A stretch of DNA of 64,000 nucleotides from Candidatus Bathyarchaeota archaeon (GTDB taxonomy: Archaea; Thermoproteota; Bathyarchaeia; Bathyarchaeales; Bathycorpusculaceae). The position numbers and the translations under genes were made by a program. Below are positions 27,719-37,961 of the stretch, piece by piece. The stretch covers positions 128,001 to 192,000 of the forward strand of contig CAVZIW010000003.1 of assembly GCA_963775465.1 (NCBI GenBank), given 5' to 3'. Under the pieces are notes generated by a model. That model made no database searches and had not been told where the DNA came from. It was given only the letters and a program-made list of their open reading frames with translations. Position 1 is the stretch's first letter. Each line of letters starts with the position of its first letter.

Positions 27719-29506
27719 TCATTGGGCTGTTTCTTCTTCGAGTCGAGAGTTAATTTCAATTCTATAAACTCTCCAAACATCTTCTCGGGTAACTATACCG
27801 ATCAACTGTTTCTTGTTGGCTGTCTTAACAACTGGTAATCTTCCGATCTGATTGCCTGTCAATTTACCAAGAACATTAGCCAAATTTTCGCTTGGAATTG
27901 TTACAATTACGTCTTTTGTCATTACGGATGAAACTGATTTCTTATTTCTGTTGTCTGGATGCATCTCCAGAATGTCTGTAACTGTTAGAATACCTACAAG
28001 TTCGTTGTGACGATTTGTCACAGGGAGCCCTCGAATTCCCTGCTTTTTCATAATCTCTGCTGCTTCTGAAACCAGCATATCAGGATTAGCTGTGACTACG
28101 TAATTGCTCATCGCGTCTTTTACCAAAAGTTTCTCAAGCAATGAAAAAGAATATTCTCCCCTGTGAGCGGGTGATTCAGCTCTTGTCGGAACTTGACTTC
28201 TGTAAATTGTTATCTTGCCAGCCATAACATAAGCAATTGATGTTGCTATCATCGACGGAACCAAAAGTGTATATGAACCTGTCATTTCACTTGCCATCAA
28301 AATTACCGCTATGGGAACTTTTCCTACGCCCCCGAAGAAGGCCATCATACCAACAATAACGAAAACAGCTATACTTGGTTGAAAGTTAGGAATTAGAACA
28401 TTCAAGATACCCCACAATATGGCTCCAAGCATACCCCCTATTATTAAAGCTGGACCGAAAACTCCACCACTTCCTCCAGACCCAATCGTAAGGGACGTTG
28501 CAAGAATTTTCAGCACGATGATTATCGGCAAAAACACTAAAGGCAAAAGAGTGAAGTCACCATTCATTATGAGCTGAAGCCAGCCGTATCCTACACCTAA
28601 AATTTGAGGGAAAAAAACGCCGATAACTCCAACTATAAATCCTCCTATTGCCGGCTTAAAATAATTCGGAACCTTAAGGCGTTGGAAAGCTTCTTTAACT
28701 CCGTAAAAACTCATAACGTAAGCTATTCCAAGAAGCCCACAAGCTAAGCCCAATAACGCATAAAATGGTAAGTCTAAGGGATTTTGAAAAGCGCCTAAAT
28801 TTACTAACCCAAAAACAGGTGTCCATCCATTGATAAATCCAAAAATACTGTAGCCAATCGTTGAGGCAATGAACGCTGGAAGCAAAGCATCTACTTCGAA
28901 ATCACCCATGTATAGAATTTCAGCCGCCAAAATTGCACCGCCAAAGGGCGCTTTGAAGATTGCTCCTATGCCGGCGCCGATGCCTACTGCTAGTGCGATA
29001 CGGCGGTCATGCAAGTTTAAGTGAAGTCTTTTTCCTATGAATGATCCGAATCCTGCGCCTATCTGCGCAGTGGGGCCTTCTCTTCCTGCGCTACCTCCTG
29101 ACCCAATTGTTATGGCAGACGCCAATGTTTTGACTAATGGAATTCTTGCTCGAATGTTTCCTTTTTTGTTATGAAAAGCGTCTATAGCGGCGTCTGTTCC
29201 ATGTCCTTCAGCTTCTGGGGCTAAGCCAAAGACTAACATGCCGCTAAAGAGTCCGCCCAACGTTGTTACGAGTACAAGAAGATATGGGTTAAATGTTAGT
29301 GACGGCAGTAATCCTCCTTCTCCTAAAGGTGTAGGAGCTTGGAAACCTGCTATACTGTTTAGAAATAGACTGTTGAAGAAGGCGATTGCATCATCAAATA
29401 GTATAGCACCTAAACCGCTAACTACGCCTATCAAAATTGCTATTGGAATCCATTTTCTTAGGTACCGGAGCTCTCCTGAAAAAACAATAGTCTTTCCTAT
29501 ATCCAC
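27719..29506 (-). CDS. ClC chloride channel / H+/Cl- antiporter with a CBS pair
   Basis: GHGTD, GSAGREGP, GGVFGP, two CBS domains. Confidence 0.93.
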   Translation of the reverse strand: MDIGKTIVFSGELRYLRKWIPIAILIGVVSGLGAILFDDAIAFFNSLFLNSIAGFQAPTPLGEGGLLPSLTFNPYLLVLVTTLGGLFSGMLVFGLAPEAEGHGTDAAIDAFHNKKGNIRARIPLVKTLASAITIGSGGSAGREGPTAQIGAGFGSFIGKRLHLNLHDRRIALAVGIGAGIGAIFKAPFGGAILAAEILYMGDFEVDALLPAFIASTIGYSIFGFINGWTPVFGLVNLGAFQNPLDLPFYALLGLACGLLGIAYVMSFYGVKEAFQRLKVPNYFKPAIGGFIVGVIGVFFPQILGVGYGWLQLIMNGDFTLLPLVFLPIIIVLKILATSLTIGSGGSGGVFGPALIIGGMLGAILWGILNVLIPNFQPSIAVFVIVGMMAFFGGVGKVPIAVILMASEMTGSYTLLVPSMIATSIAYVMAGKITIYRSQVPTRAESPAHRGEYSFSLLEKLLVKDAMSNYVVTANPDMLVSEAAEIMKKQGIRGLPVTNRHNELVGILTVTDILEMHPDNRNKKSVSSVMTKDVIVTIPSENLANVLGKLTGNQIGRLPVVKTANKKQLIGIVTREDVWRVYRIEINSRLEEETAQ

Positions 29507-29786
29507 TTCTAATTCAAGGTCCTTTCGCTTTTTTGATCGTTGAAAACATTTAGTTTATTAGATTTATAAGTTAAATCTCGATTAGTTTTCAGGTGAATAT
29601 TTGGAGCAAAGACACATTCATGGCTTCTCATAAAGTTTCTCAAGCATTTAGCGTAAAATTAATCTTTCGCAATAAACTAAAAAGTCTGAAGCATCCCAAC
29701 ATTTAACCGAAGCTTTTAATGCCTTCATGTATTTTAGTAAAGACCTCCAAAAGAGAAAAATGGCTAACTATCAAATAATTTAGTGG

Positions 29787-30026
29787 GTGATAGTTGTTCT
29801 TTCCGTTTATCTTATAGTTTCAGTTCCAGCTTACTCAAATTTTTTCACGTGTCCTAATTGTGGGTCACATTTGAATTTTCTTTACAAATACTGCAATTCA
29901 TGTGGCATGATCCTGATTCAAACAACAGTTCTAAAAATATGTTTCAATTGCAAGAACCGAATCGAAGAAAAAGTCAGATTTTGCCCTGAGTGCGGTCATA
30001 AGCAGGATTTAAACATAAAAAGCTGA
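29787..30026 (+). CDS. Double zinc-ribbon protein
   Basis: Four CxxC pairs (CPNC, CNSC, CFNC, CPEC); start uncertain. Confidence 0.65.
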   Translation: MIVVLSVYLIVSVPAYSNFFTCPNCGSHLNFLYKYCNSCGMILIQTTVLKICFNCKNRIEEKVRFCPECGHKQDLNIKS

Positions 30027-30043
30027 CACTTCTGGATAAACCA

Positions 30044-32353
30044 CTAGTTGATGACTTTGAATATGACATATCGGTCGTTTGAGTAAATCAATTCAAGGAT
30101 TTTACTGTGGATCATTTGAATATCGAGTTGGTTTCGATCGTAGACGATAAACCCGATGTTGTTATTCTTTATGTAATCGGTAAAGTCTCGGGCGGCAACT
30201 GTAAATTCGGCTATCTTGAGGTCAAATAATCCCTGCAAATTGTCAGCTTTTAGTGTTGGGTAACTGTTTTGTGACATCGCTAAGGTCTGGTACGAACGGG
30301 AAACTGTTTGGTTTACGTTTAAGTTGCTGAATTGGTATTGAAATCGTACAGCATCTATTTGTCGGTTGCCTAAAACGCCGATGTTTCCCCAATCTGGGGG
30401 ATCATTAAACTTGAACGCGAAAGCCACATTATCGTTTGTGTCGTACAAACCAATGTAGTTGTCTTTTAGTTCTGACCTGGAAAAGTTGACTACTGCCCAA
30501 TCGCTTCCATGAACACTTTTTATGGAGTCAGGTGCATCCCAAGGATTTGTCCAATTCAGCAACTGAGGTATCTCTGCCTCATCGAAGTGGTACTTCAAGT
30601 CAAAAAACGTGCTCAAATACAAGATTACATTGTGTATTTCGCTTTTAAGTGGCGTTAATTTCCAATAAACGCCTATTGAATAGCTATTGTTTTCTGCTCT
30701 TATGGTTTTTGTTAGGGCAATATAGTCATTTGAGTATATGAAAACTATTTCTTTTGGATTGTTTTGATCTTCAAAAATGATTTGCTTGTTTAATTGAGAG
30801 AGAGTCAACTTGTATTCGATGCCGTCCGCTGTATAGTTGAGAAAATCACCAGCTCCCGAACAAAGTGAAATTCTATCCCAAACTTGATCTATGGGGATGA
30901 AAGTTTCTTCAGAAATATCTCCTTTCGCTTCATATGCTCTCAACATTGTCTGTGAGTTTTCAACTTCATAGGACAGACTAAGAACTGCCTCCGCGATTTC
31001 ATTTCTTTGAACAGTTGGGTCTGTTTGTGCAATCACGTTCTTGCCGGAGAATTCTTGGAACCAAAAACCAGGAATTTCTGTGGTAACTATTGTTGCGTTT
31101 TGGTCATAGTTAGCTTTAAGCCAAACCCCTGCATCGTAAGCTTTAACGTCAGTTGTTGCATAAAAAACGCTAGCTTCCATAATGTTGCCATAAACGACAT
31201 CTGAACGATAAACAAGCATCACAGCCAACAAAATAAGCATAGAAACAGTGGCGATTCTGACCCAACTCTTCCTAAATATTCGCTTGTTTTTACTGTAGAA
31301 TAGAAAGAATTTTCCAGATAGAAAAACTGCAAAGACAGCTGCTAGAACCGCTAATGTGGGCGTCAAATAGTACATGAACCATTGAAAGGGCAGATACAAA
31401 CCGAAAAGCCACGATTCAGCGAAAAACAACGGAACAAATAAGCTCAGAAATATTGTTAAAAGAAAAATTGGTTTCTTTTGCTTCCTTAGCAAATAGAACG
31501 AAATCGCAAGTCCGCCCAATGCAAAAAAGAAAATAAAACCGAAATTAATCATAAAAGCGTTAAAACTTGTGTACGGAATCTGGTATGCATAAGTTTTCAC
31601 CGCAAAAAACACATATTCTATAACAAGATCGAGGTATCCCCACATCGCTTGGAAATAATAGAGAAAGAAAGCTATGCCTCCACCTAAAATTAGAGCGAAT
31701 ACAACTTTGAGGTGTGCACCTTTTGACTTGATCAACATAAGAAGCAAAATTGGAGGCATAATAAAAACTGATAGAAATGCTGCTAGTTGATGTGAAAGCA
31801 CTAAAGCGAAAGCAGCAAAAAAGGCCACTGTAAGATACCCCAATCGTTCCGCTGCCAAAGGGGTGTAGAGGAATACTAAGAACATGAATGCTAGAGCCAG
31901 TACTGTGGTTGAACCGCCAAACTGGTTCATCTCATATACTGGAAAACACATTAATAAAAAAACAACCGCTACGGCTGCAACTCGTATATCAAAAAATCTT
32001 TTAGCTAAAAGGTAAACTCCCATGAAAAAGAGCCAGTCCACAATCGCGGTTAAAACTTTAACCAAGAAAATAAACTGCCCTATATTGATCGCGCCTGTCA
32101 CGGAAATAAACATTGCCAACACAATTTCATATAGCGGAGGGGTCCAACCCAAATTCGCCAAAGAAATTTTGCCCGTGTTAAGGAAAATCTGTGCTTTTTC
32201 AAGGTGAACTGCGGGGTCGTTACCCAAAACCACACCATTCATCGATATTAACACGTAAAAAATCGCAAGTACGAGCACGGAAAAAATCGTGATAAACGCT
32301 ATTTCAATTCTTTTCTCATCTGGTCTCGCGCTTTTCAAAGCGAAAGTGCTCAC
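30044..32353 (-). CDS. Polytopic membrane protein, GT-C glycosyltransferase-like (AglB/ArnT/PMT-like architecture)
   Basis: GNDPAVH in the first external loop, PPLY, roughly a dozen TM segments, large C-terminal soluble domain ending LIYSN..Y.IFKV. Confidence 0.6.
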   Translation of the reverse strand: MSTFALKSARPDEKRIEIAFITIFSVLVLAIFYVLISMNGVVLGNDPAVHLEKAQIFLNTGKISLANLGWTPPLYEIVLAMFISVTGAINIGQFIFLVKVLTAIVDWLFFMGVYLLAKRFFDIRVAAVAVVFLLMCFPVYEMNQFGGSTTVLALAFMFLVFLYTPLAAERLGYLTVAFFAAFALVLSHQLAAFLSVFIMPPILLLMLIKSKGAHLKVVFALILGGGIAFFLYYFQAMWGYLDLVIEYVFFAVKTYAYQIPYTSFNAFMINFGFIFFFALGGLAISFYLLRKQKKPIFLLTIFLSLFVPLFFAESWLFGLYLPFQWFMYYLTPTLAVLAAVFAVFLSGKFFLFYSKNKRIFRKSWVRIATVSMLILLAVMLVYRSDVVYGNIMEASVFYATTDVKAYDAGVWLKANYDQNATIVTTEIPGFWFQEFSGKNVIAQTDPTVQRNEIAEAVLSLSYEVENSQTMLRAYEAKGDISEETFIPIDQVWDRISLCSGAGDFLNYTADGIEYKLTLSQLNKQIIFEDQNNPKEIVFIYSNDYIALTKTIRAENNSYSIGVYWKLTPLKSEIHNVILYLSTFFDLKYHFDEAEIPQLLNWTNPWDAPDSIKSVHGSDWAVVNFSRSELKDNYIGLYDTNDNVAFAFKFNDPPDWGNIGVLGNRQIDAVRFQYQFSNLNVNQTVSRSYQTLAMSQNSYPTLKADNLQGLFDLKIAEFTVAARDFTDYIKNNNIGFIVYDRNQLDIQMIHSKILELIYSNDRYVIFKVIN

Positions 32354-32357
32354 CTAC

Positions 32358-34709
32358 CTAACCTAGATTGAGGTTGCTATTGATTTTAAAGATGGCAACT
32401 TCGTTATTAATAAATACAAGGTTAAATGAGGGATCTTTGAGGAATTTCGGGAACATTTCAGGATTGCGACAGGCAATGTATGAGACCTCGTAGTTTTGTA
32501 TTTCTACTTGATAGTTGAAGATTTGTACCCAGTCTTTTGTATTATCTGGAGTTTGTTTCGAATTCAAGTTATCTGTCATTTGTTTTCCTAAAAAAGTGTT
32601 TTTAGTACTGGCATTATTGTAAATGTTTAGGTCATCACTGACCGAGTATGCACTTGCAAAAATCTGAATTTCAGAATTTGGTTTTCCATTCAAGTTATAA
32701 TCTAGGTGTATGCGATGTTGTGTTCCATTTTCCAAAATTATTGGAGTTGCTGGCTGGTTTAAGTTAAAAATTAACTGTGCGAAAACCTTCATAGGTTCAT
32801 CAAACAAGCCAATAGTTCTATCGTTGTCATAAGGTATTGTTTGGTTCACCTTACTTTGCACGTCTATAATCACTCTATCCATAGAAACATCTGGAACTAC
32901 ACTGTCTATAGATGTAGTGAAGTTAACAAGACGTAGTCCTTTATAGACTGTTGTTTGCTGAGTGTAATTGAAGTAGTCGTTACCTCTAGTAACAGTGATA
33001 CTTACGTGCTGTGTGGCATTTTTCATTGACATATCTTTTACTTTAAGCGTATCCAAAGATACTGAACGAGCATCTCCATCAACTGAGTAGTAAATTTTTG
33101 TTTCGTTACTGGAAAAAACGAAGAATGAAATCGGAAAATATGTCCAATTAAGTTTAGCCACTATCTCAGGATTATGCCTAGCAATGTATCCGCCATCCTC
33201 TCGAACCTGAATTAAGCCATTATCAATTAAATAATCGGTATCAAGAAGGCTCTTAGCAAAAAGGCTTTTTTTATATTCACTATTGATTGTAAGATACTGG
33301 GGGTCAACAGCACTATATGTTCGTCTCTGGGCAAATCCACCGAGCCACCATCCGTACAATGCATCGGAAACAAACACTGAGTTTGTGGAGGTGTCGGTTT
33401 TTGCCCATTGAATCGCGTCCCAAAGTTGGTTGTCCATGAGTTGGTAGAAACTTTGGATTGTTTGGCCACCATTGTAGTATATTGGGCTCATAAAGATTGG
33501 AATTACAGTAAATGAAAACATCAGAAGAAACATTATAAATCCTGCATATATACTCCCGCGAGTTTGAGTAGCTGAAAGCTTGGCTATTCTTTTGTTAAAA
33601 CCCTTCTTGGTTTTTTGTGCTTGGTTGGCAAAACTTCGATATGTAGTTATAAGGTTGGCAAAAAAGCTGGAACCATGCTCAATAAGAACTGCGATGAAAA
33701 TTATAAAGGGCAAGATCAGAAAGTAAAGAAAACGGTTGTAATCGATAGGAAACCCAACTAAATAAGTCTGTGACAATACCAATGGCACAAAAGTCCATAC
33801 TGAAAGAAGGAACGTTGGCAAAGCAAGAAACCGTCCAGCATATTTTTTCGAAAAAATAAGAAATCCTGCAAGGACACCAAACAATGGCAGAACTAAACTG
33901 AGCGGAAGCTGTTGAGTCGCGATCGTTGCGACCTTTATTGCCATCGAACTTGTGGAGTCAGAAGATAGAGAAGAATTGTTGCTTAGGTATTCTGGGATCG
34001 CCTGCATCATAAATGGGAAAAAAAGCAAAGCTCCAAGAATAATCGGCAAAAACCAGTAGAGACCGGTTTTACGCGTTGTACCGAATATTTTTGGTTTGAC
34101 AAGAACAAATAACGCAACAACAGAAGTGATGGCTATAAACATTGCAGCGCTTAGTGAATGCGTTAAAAATATTGATCCAGCTAAAATGGAAGTTGACACA
34201 AGAAATGGCATTGTTGAAATTCTGTCCTTCTGTAAATACAAATAAAACGTTAATGGAATTAGCAGCAAAGTTATTACGTTTGGATAGCCACCCCACATCA
34301 ACATTTCTATATCGAAGCGTGAGATCGCCGCTAAAAAAGCCACTATTAATGCTGCGGATTCGGACCACACACGCTTAGTTATCAAATAACCAATCAAGAC
34401 AACAAGCGATGAAAACAAAGAGACGATTGCTGAATGTGCGACATAATCTGGCAATCCTGTCATTAACATTATACTTGAAGCAAAAATGTGGTATCCTGGA
34501 AAAGTAAGCGAAACACCTCCTCCCATATGGAAAGCATTATAGAAAAAATTTACGTTTCCTGACCCTGTAATCGAGTAGATAACACTGTTGTGTAAACCAA
34601 TATCCGCTCCTGGGGGGAATCCCTCCCAAAGCATCAATAGCAAACGGTAAACAAAAGAGAAAACAAAAACTGACAACAACACGAAGTATGTTCTGTTTGC
34701 TTTGAGCAT
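32358..34709 (-). CDS. Paralogous GT-C-like membrane protein
   Basis: GADIGLH, FPGYH, GGYPN, THSLS, SDALYGWWLGGFAQRRT, LVFINNEVAIFK; same architecture as its neighbour. Confidence 0.6.
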   Translation of the reverse strand: MLKANRTYFVLLSVFVFSFVYRLLLMLWEGFPPGADIGLHNSVIYSITGSGNVNFFYNAFHMGGGVSLTFPGYHIFASSIMLMTGLPDYVAHSAIVSLFSSLVVLIGYLITKRVWSESAALIVAFLAAISRFDIEMLMWGGYPNVITLLLIPLTFYLYLQKDRISTMPFLVSTSILAGSIFLTHSLSAAMFIAITSVVALFVLVKPKIFGTTRKTGLYWFLPIILGALLFFPFMMQAIPEYLSNNSSLSSDSTSSMAIKVATIATQQLPLSLVLPLFGVLAGFLIFSKKYAGRFLALPTFLLSVWTFVPLVLSQTYLVGFPIDYNRFLYFLILPFIIFIAVLIEHGSSFFANLITTYRSFANQAQKTKKGFNKRIAKLSATQTRGSIYAGFIMFLLMFSFTVIPIFMSPIYYNGGQTIQSFYQLMDNQLWDAIQWAKTDTSTNSVFVSDALYGWWLGGFAQRRTYSAVDPQYLTINSEYKKSLFAKSLLDTDYLIDNGLIQVREDGGYIARHNPEIVAKLNWTYFPISFFVFSSNETKIYYSVDGDARSVSLDTLKVKDMSMKNATQHVSITVTRGNDYFNYTQQTTVYKGLRLVNFTTSIDSVVPDVSMDRVIIDVQSKVNQTIPYDNDRTIGLFDEPMKVFAQLIFNLNQPATPIILENGTQHRIHLDYNLNGKPNSEIQIFASAYSVSDDLNIYNNASTKNTFLGKQMTDNLNSKQTPDNTKDWVQIFNYQVEIQNYEVSYIACRNPEMFPKFLKDPSFNLVFINNEVAIFKINSNLNLG

Positions 34710-34816
34710 TAACTTTCCCGCTTAATATAGTTAAATTGGAATTGTTGGTAAAAGGTTAAATATGGATTTCGAGTATAAAAAGCCCAGAGTATTAAAAAGG
34801 AAAAAAAGGTGTTTAA

Positions 34817-35242
34817 ATGTCTTGGCTTAAATCTATGATGGAAAAAGAACCACCAGAACCAGAAAATCCATTAGGTATAGTAGTTATCGGCAACATCGAA
34901 CCAGACATGCACGATACAGCAAAAGAAGCTGTCAGGCGCTCCCTGAAACGTGCAGGCTTCAAAACAATTGACGTCGGAAAAAGCGTTGCTCCCCAAGTAT
35001 TCATCGACAAAGTCAAAGAAAACAATGCAAACATAATCGCTATATCCGTAAACACAGTACCTGCAAAGAATAATCTCGCCAAACTCGATGAACTGCTCAA
35101 ATCATCAGGACTAAAAGAAAAAATAGGCATAATAATGGGCGGCGCAGCTGTCAAAAAAGAAGACGCAGACGCACTCGGCGCACTCTTCGGCAAAAACAAA
35201 GAAGAAGCCCCAGAACTTGCAAAGAAAGCATTGAAGAAATAA
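34817..35242 (+). CDS. Stand-alone cobalamin-binding (corrinoid) protein without cap domain
   Basis: DMHDTA (DxHxxG variant), GF..IDVG..V, IAIS, IIMGGA. Confidence 0.85.
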   Translation: MSWLKSMMEKEPPEPENPLGIVVIGNIEPDMHDTAKEAVRRSLKRAGFKTIDVGKSVAPQVFIDKVKENNANIIAISVNTVPAKNNLAKLDELLKSSGLKEKIGIIMGGAAVKKEDADALGALFGKNKEEAPELAKKALKK

Positions 35243-35261
35243 ATCCCTCAGATGTGGAAAA

Positions 35262-36173
35262 ATGTCCTTTCAATTCAAAACACAACAGAAAGTATACGAG
35301 CTTGGTAAGGTTAAAGTAGGCGGTCAACCGGGCGAATTACCCACTTTTCTGATCGGCTCTATCTTTTGGCTAGGCCAAAAAATGGTTACTGATGCAAACA
35401 AAGGAGTTTTTGATGCAAAAGTTGCCGAACAGATAATAAATACATGCCAAACCCAAAGCGACAAAACTGGTGTCCCCTTCGCTCTTGATATAGTCGGTAC
35501 GACTGAAGCAGCGTTCGAAAAATACATTGACTTCGTACCAAAACACACGGATGCACCTATGATGCTCGATGCAATGAGCCCAAGAACTCGCATGGCAGCA
35601 GCAACCTTAGCAAAGAAAATGGGTCTTGCAGACAATTGCCTCTACAACTCTGTCTACAAAGGAGTCACAGACGCTGAACTCGCAAACCTAAAAGACAGTG
35701 GCATCAAAATGTCCATAGTTCTCGCAGACGATCCAAAAGACACCACCCTTGAAGGCAAAATGAATGTAATAGTCGAAGCACTTGCATTAGCCGATAAAGG
35801 CGGTATCACAAAACCACTCATTGACACAGCTATCCCTGCATTCGAACCAGACATGGGAACAGCCGTCAGAACTATACCAATCATGAAAGAAAAGTATGGT
35901 CACCCAGTCGGCTTAGGAAGCGGAAACGTTGTCACAACCATGGGTTGGGTCAAAGCAAACGTTGCTAAAGAGTTCCGTTATGGATGCAGAACTTCAACAA
36001 ACTCAATTATGCAAGTGGCAGGCGCTAACTGGCTTATGATTGGACCAGCTGAACAAGCGGAATATGTATTCCCCGCTGTCGCAGTAACTGACTCGTACAT
36101 TGGATCTGCTGCAGGCGATCTAGGAACAAGACCCCTGGAAGAATCGCATCCAATCTTTAAGATGTTTGCATAA
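35262..36173 (+). CDS. mtrH: MtrH/MtgA-family pterin:corrinoid methyltransferase
   Basis: F...QKV.....VKVGGQPGELPT.L.GSIF, D..KG.FD, LYNS, PLID, K..YG.PVG.G..N, GANWLMIGP. Confidence 0.88.
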   Translation: MSFQFKTQQKVYELGKVKVGGQPGELPTFLIGSIFWLGQKMVTDANKGVFDAKVAEQIINTCQTQSDKTGVPFALDIVGTTEAAFEKYIDFVPKHTDAPMMLDAMSPRTRMAAATLAKKMGLADNCLYNSVYKGVTDAELANLKDSGIKMSIVLADDPKDTTLEGKMNVIVEALALADKGGITKPLIDTAIPAFEPDMGTAVRTIPIMKEKYGHPVGLGSGNVVTTMGWVKANVAKEFRYGCRTSTNSIMQVAGANWLMIGPAEQAEYVFPAVAVTDSYIGSAAGDLGTRPLEESHPIFKMFA

Positions 36174-36212
36174 CATCTTCCTTATTTTTTATATAAACTT
36201 GAAGGTATTATC

Positions 36213-36623
36213 CTGAAACCGCTTAGATGGTTTGAAATAATCGTCTCCTTCACATTTTTAACGATAATAATAACTTATTTTAGTCCAAGTAGCGAAACTT
36301 TTTCTTTTATTCTAGTTCCTCGCTATATTCTAAGTTTCATTTTTATTTCATTCTTGCCTGGATATTGTTTAGTTAAAGTCCTGTTTTTAGGTAAGAACAA
36401 GATTGACATAATCGAAGAACTCGTGTTATCTGTTGCCTTAAGCTTTGGCTTAGCCGGTCTAGTAGGGTTATTCTTGGGCTTATCCCCTATAGGAATAAAC
36501 TTCGGATCCATAACTATCTCATTGAGCGCTATAGTTATGATGTTTGCTGCAATAGCCTTCATCCGAAAAACACGGGAACTCTCAGTGCCTAAAATGCAAG
36601 TACCGAAGCAAATAAGCCCCTGA
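36213..36623 (+). CDS. DUF1616-like membrane protein, probable CTG start
   Basis: FLPGY..V..LF....ID.IE..VLSVALS..L..L.GL.L..SP.GI; frame open upstream of TTG 36354 with a GAAGGT RBS before CTG 36213. Confidence 0.7.
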   Translation: MKPLRWFEIIVSFTFLTIIITYFSPSSETFSFILVPRYILSFIFISFLPGYCLVKVLFLGKNKIDIIEELVLSVALSFGLAGLVGLFLGLSPIGINFGSITISLSAIVMMFAAIAFIRKTRELSVPKMQVPKQISP

Positions 36624-37961
36624 AGTTTTCACAGCAGCCATTCCATAAACTCCTCCTCTACCCATCATTTTTAATACATAACGGGGTCTGAGATAGAAAT
36701 CTTGGTAGGCTTTAGCCCGTAGCTCAGCAAGTTTTTCCATACTCAACTGGGGGGTCTCAAAGGTTGGACCAGCAGTATCGTATTTGTCAAAATCAGTAAC
36801 CCGTAGCCAGCCGTTTTTAATTACTTGCTCATACATGGGAGTTCCAGGATAAGGAGTCGCTATGTAGAAGCCCACATCATCGGGATTTAGCTCTTTTACT
36901 AAACGAATGGTTTCAAGAGCTGTTTGCTCGGTTTCTCCTGGGAAACCCAAAACTACGTTGGCAATAGTCATTAAACCTATCTGGTGCGCTGTTTTGTATG
37001 CTTTTTTAGTTTGCTCTATCTTTATTTTCTTGTTCATGGCACCTAAGATAAGTTCTGAACCTGACTCGACGCCTAACCAAACTGCAAAGCAGCCAGCATC
37101 ATGCATAGTTTTGAGAAGTTCGTGGTCCACCATATCCACTCGAGTTCCACAATCCCACTTCAAATGCAGCTTCCTTGCATGTAACTCTTCGCAAATTTTG
37201 ACCACTCGGTTACGATCAACGCTAAATGCATCATCGTAGAAGGTTACTTGGTCAACTCCGTATTTGTCGTAGATAAGCTGCATTTCGTCAACGACGTTCT
37301 TGGGGCTACGCATGCGATAACCTCTTCCGAACATCCTTACTGTGCTACAGAAGTCACACCAATAGACACATCCCCGGCTACTGACAAGGGGGAAGATGAT
37401 TTTGCCGTTGTGTTTTAGGTTCTCCAGCGGCAACAGGTGATGCGCTGGGAAAGGTAAACTGTCAAGATCTTCAATGAAAGGTCGATCTGGGTTCCGAACT
37501 ATTTGGAGGTCGCTTCGGTACGTGATGCCCAAAACACCTTTAAGGCTAATAGAACCTTCTATTTTTTCGACAAGTTCCATGAAAGTCAATTCGCCTTCTC
37601 TTCTAACTACGATATCTAAAGCGGGGTACTCTTTGAGAGCGTTCTCGTCCCAGAAAGTGCCATGTGAACCGCCAAGAACTGTAGCTGCTTGGGGATGAAC
37701 TTCTTTGATGATGGATACAAGCTTCATGGCTGACTTGTAAAGTAGTGTGGTCGCGGTTACGCCAACTATGTCGGTGCTTATTTGGGCGATGCGCCTGCGG
37801 AAAGCCTCTGGGTTGAGTTTTTCAGCTTGGCAGTCTATTATAGTGATTTGGTGTCCTGCTTTTTCGGCGACTGCACCAAGATAAGCTAAGCCGAGCGGGA
37901 TGAAGGCTGGATGGGAATGAACACTTGGTGGATAAGGTGGATTAACCAGCGTTATTTTCAT
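36582..37961 (-). CDS. Cobalamin-dependent radical SAM enzyme (class B methylase-like), paralog 1
   Basis: PLGLAYL B12 domain, GGSH, RREGE, SRGCVYWCDFC, GVESG, GFPGET, TPYPGT. Confidence 0.92.
   Translation of the reverse strand: MKITLVNPPYPPSVHSHPAFIPLGLAYLGAVAEKAGHQITIIDCQAEKLNPEAFRRRIAQISTDIVGVTATTLLYKSAMKLVSIIKEVHPQAATVLGGSHGTFWDENALKEYPALDIVVRREGELTFMELVEKIEGSISLKGVLGITYRSDLQIVRNPDRPFIEDLDSLPFPAHHLLPLENLKHNGKIIFPLVSSRGCVYWCDFCSTVRMFGRGYRMRSPKNVVDEMQLIYDKYGVDQVTFYDDAFSVDRNRVVKICEELHARKLHLKWDCGTRVDMVDHELLKTMHDAGCFAVWLGVESGSELILGAMNKKIKIEQTKKAYKTAHQIGLMTIANVVLGFPGETEQTALETIRLVKELNPDDVGFYIATPYPGTPMYEQVIKNGWLRVTDFDKYDTAGPTFETPQLSMEKLAELRAKAYQDFYLRPRYVLKMMGRGGVYGMAAVKTSGAYLLRYLHFRH

Noticed and set aside
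26720-29506. Integrated element or defence island at tRNA-Gly
   Set aside because: No integrase, transposase or duplicated tRNA 3' end was noticed; flanking genes are housekeeping
29760-29789. In-frame ATG...TAG upstream of the zinc-ribbon ORF, suggesting pyrrolysine or TAG recoding
   Set aside because: TAG is the normal stop of conserved genes here (cofE, cofC, fno, cooC), no pyl genes are present, and the extension has no recognisable homology
35262-36173. Evidence of methanogenesis
   Set aside because: Lone MtrH without mtrA-G or mcr; WL and F420 genes also occur in non-methanogens
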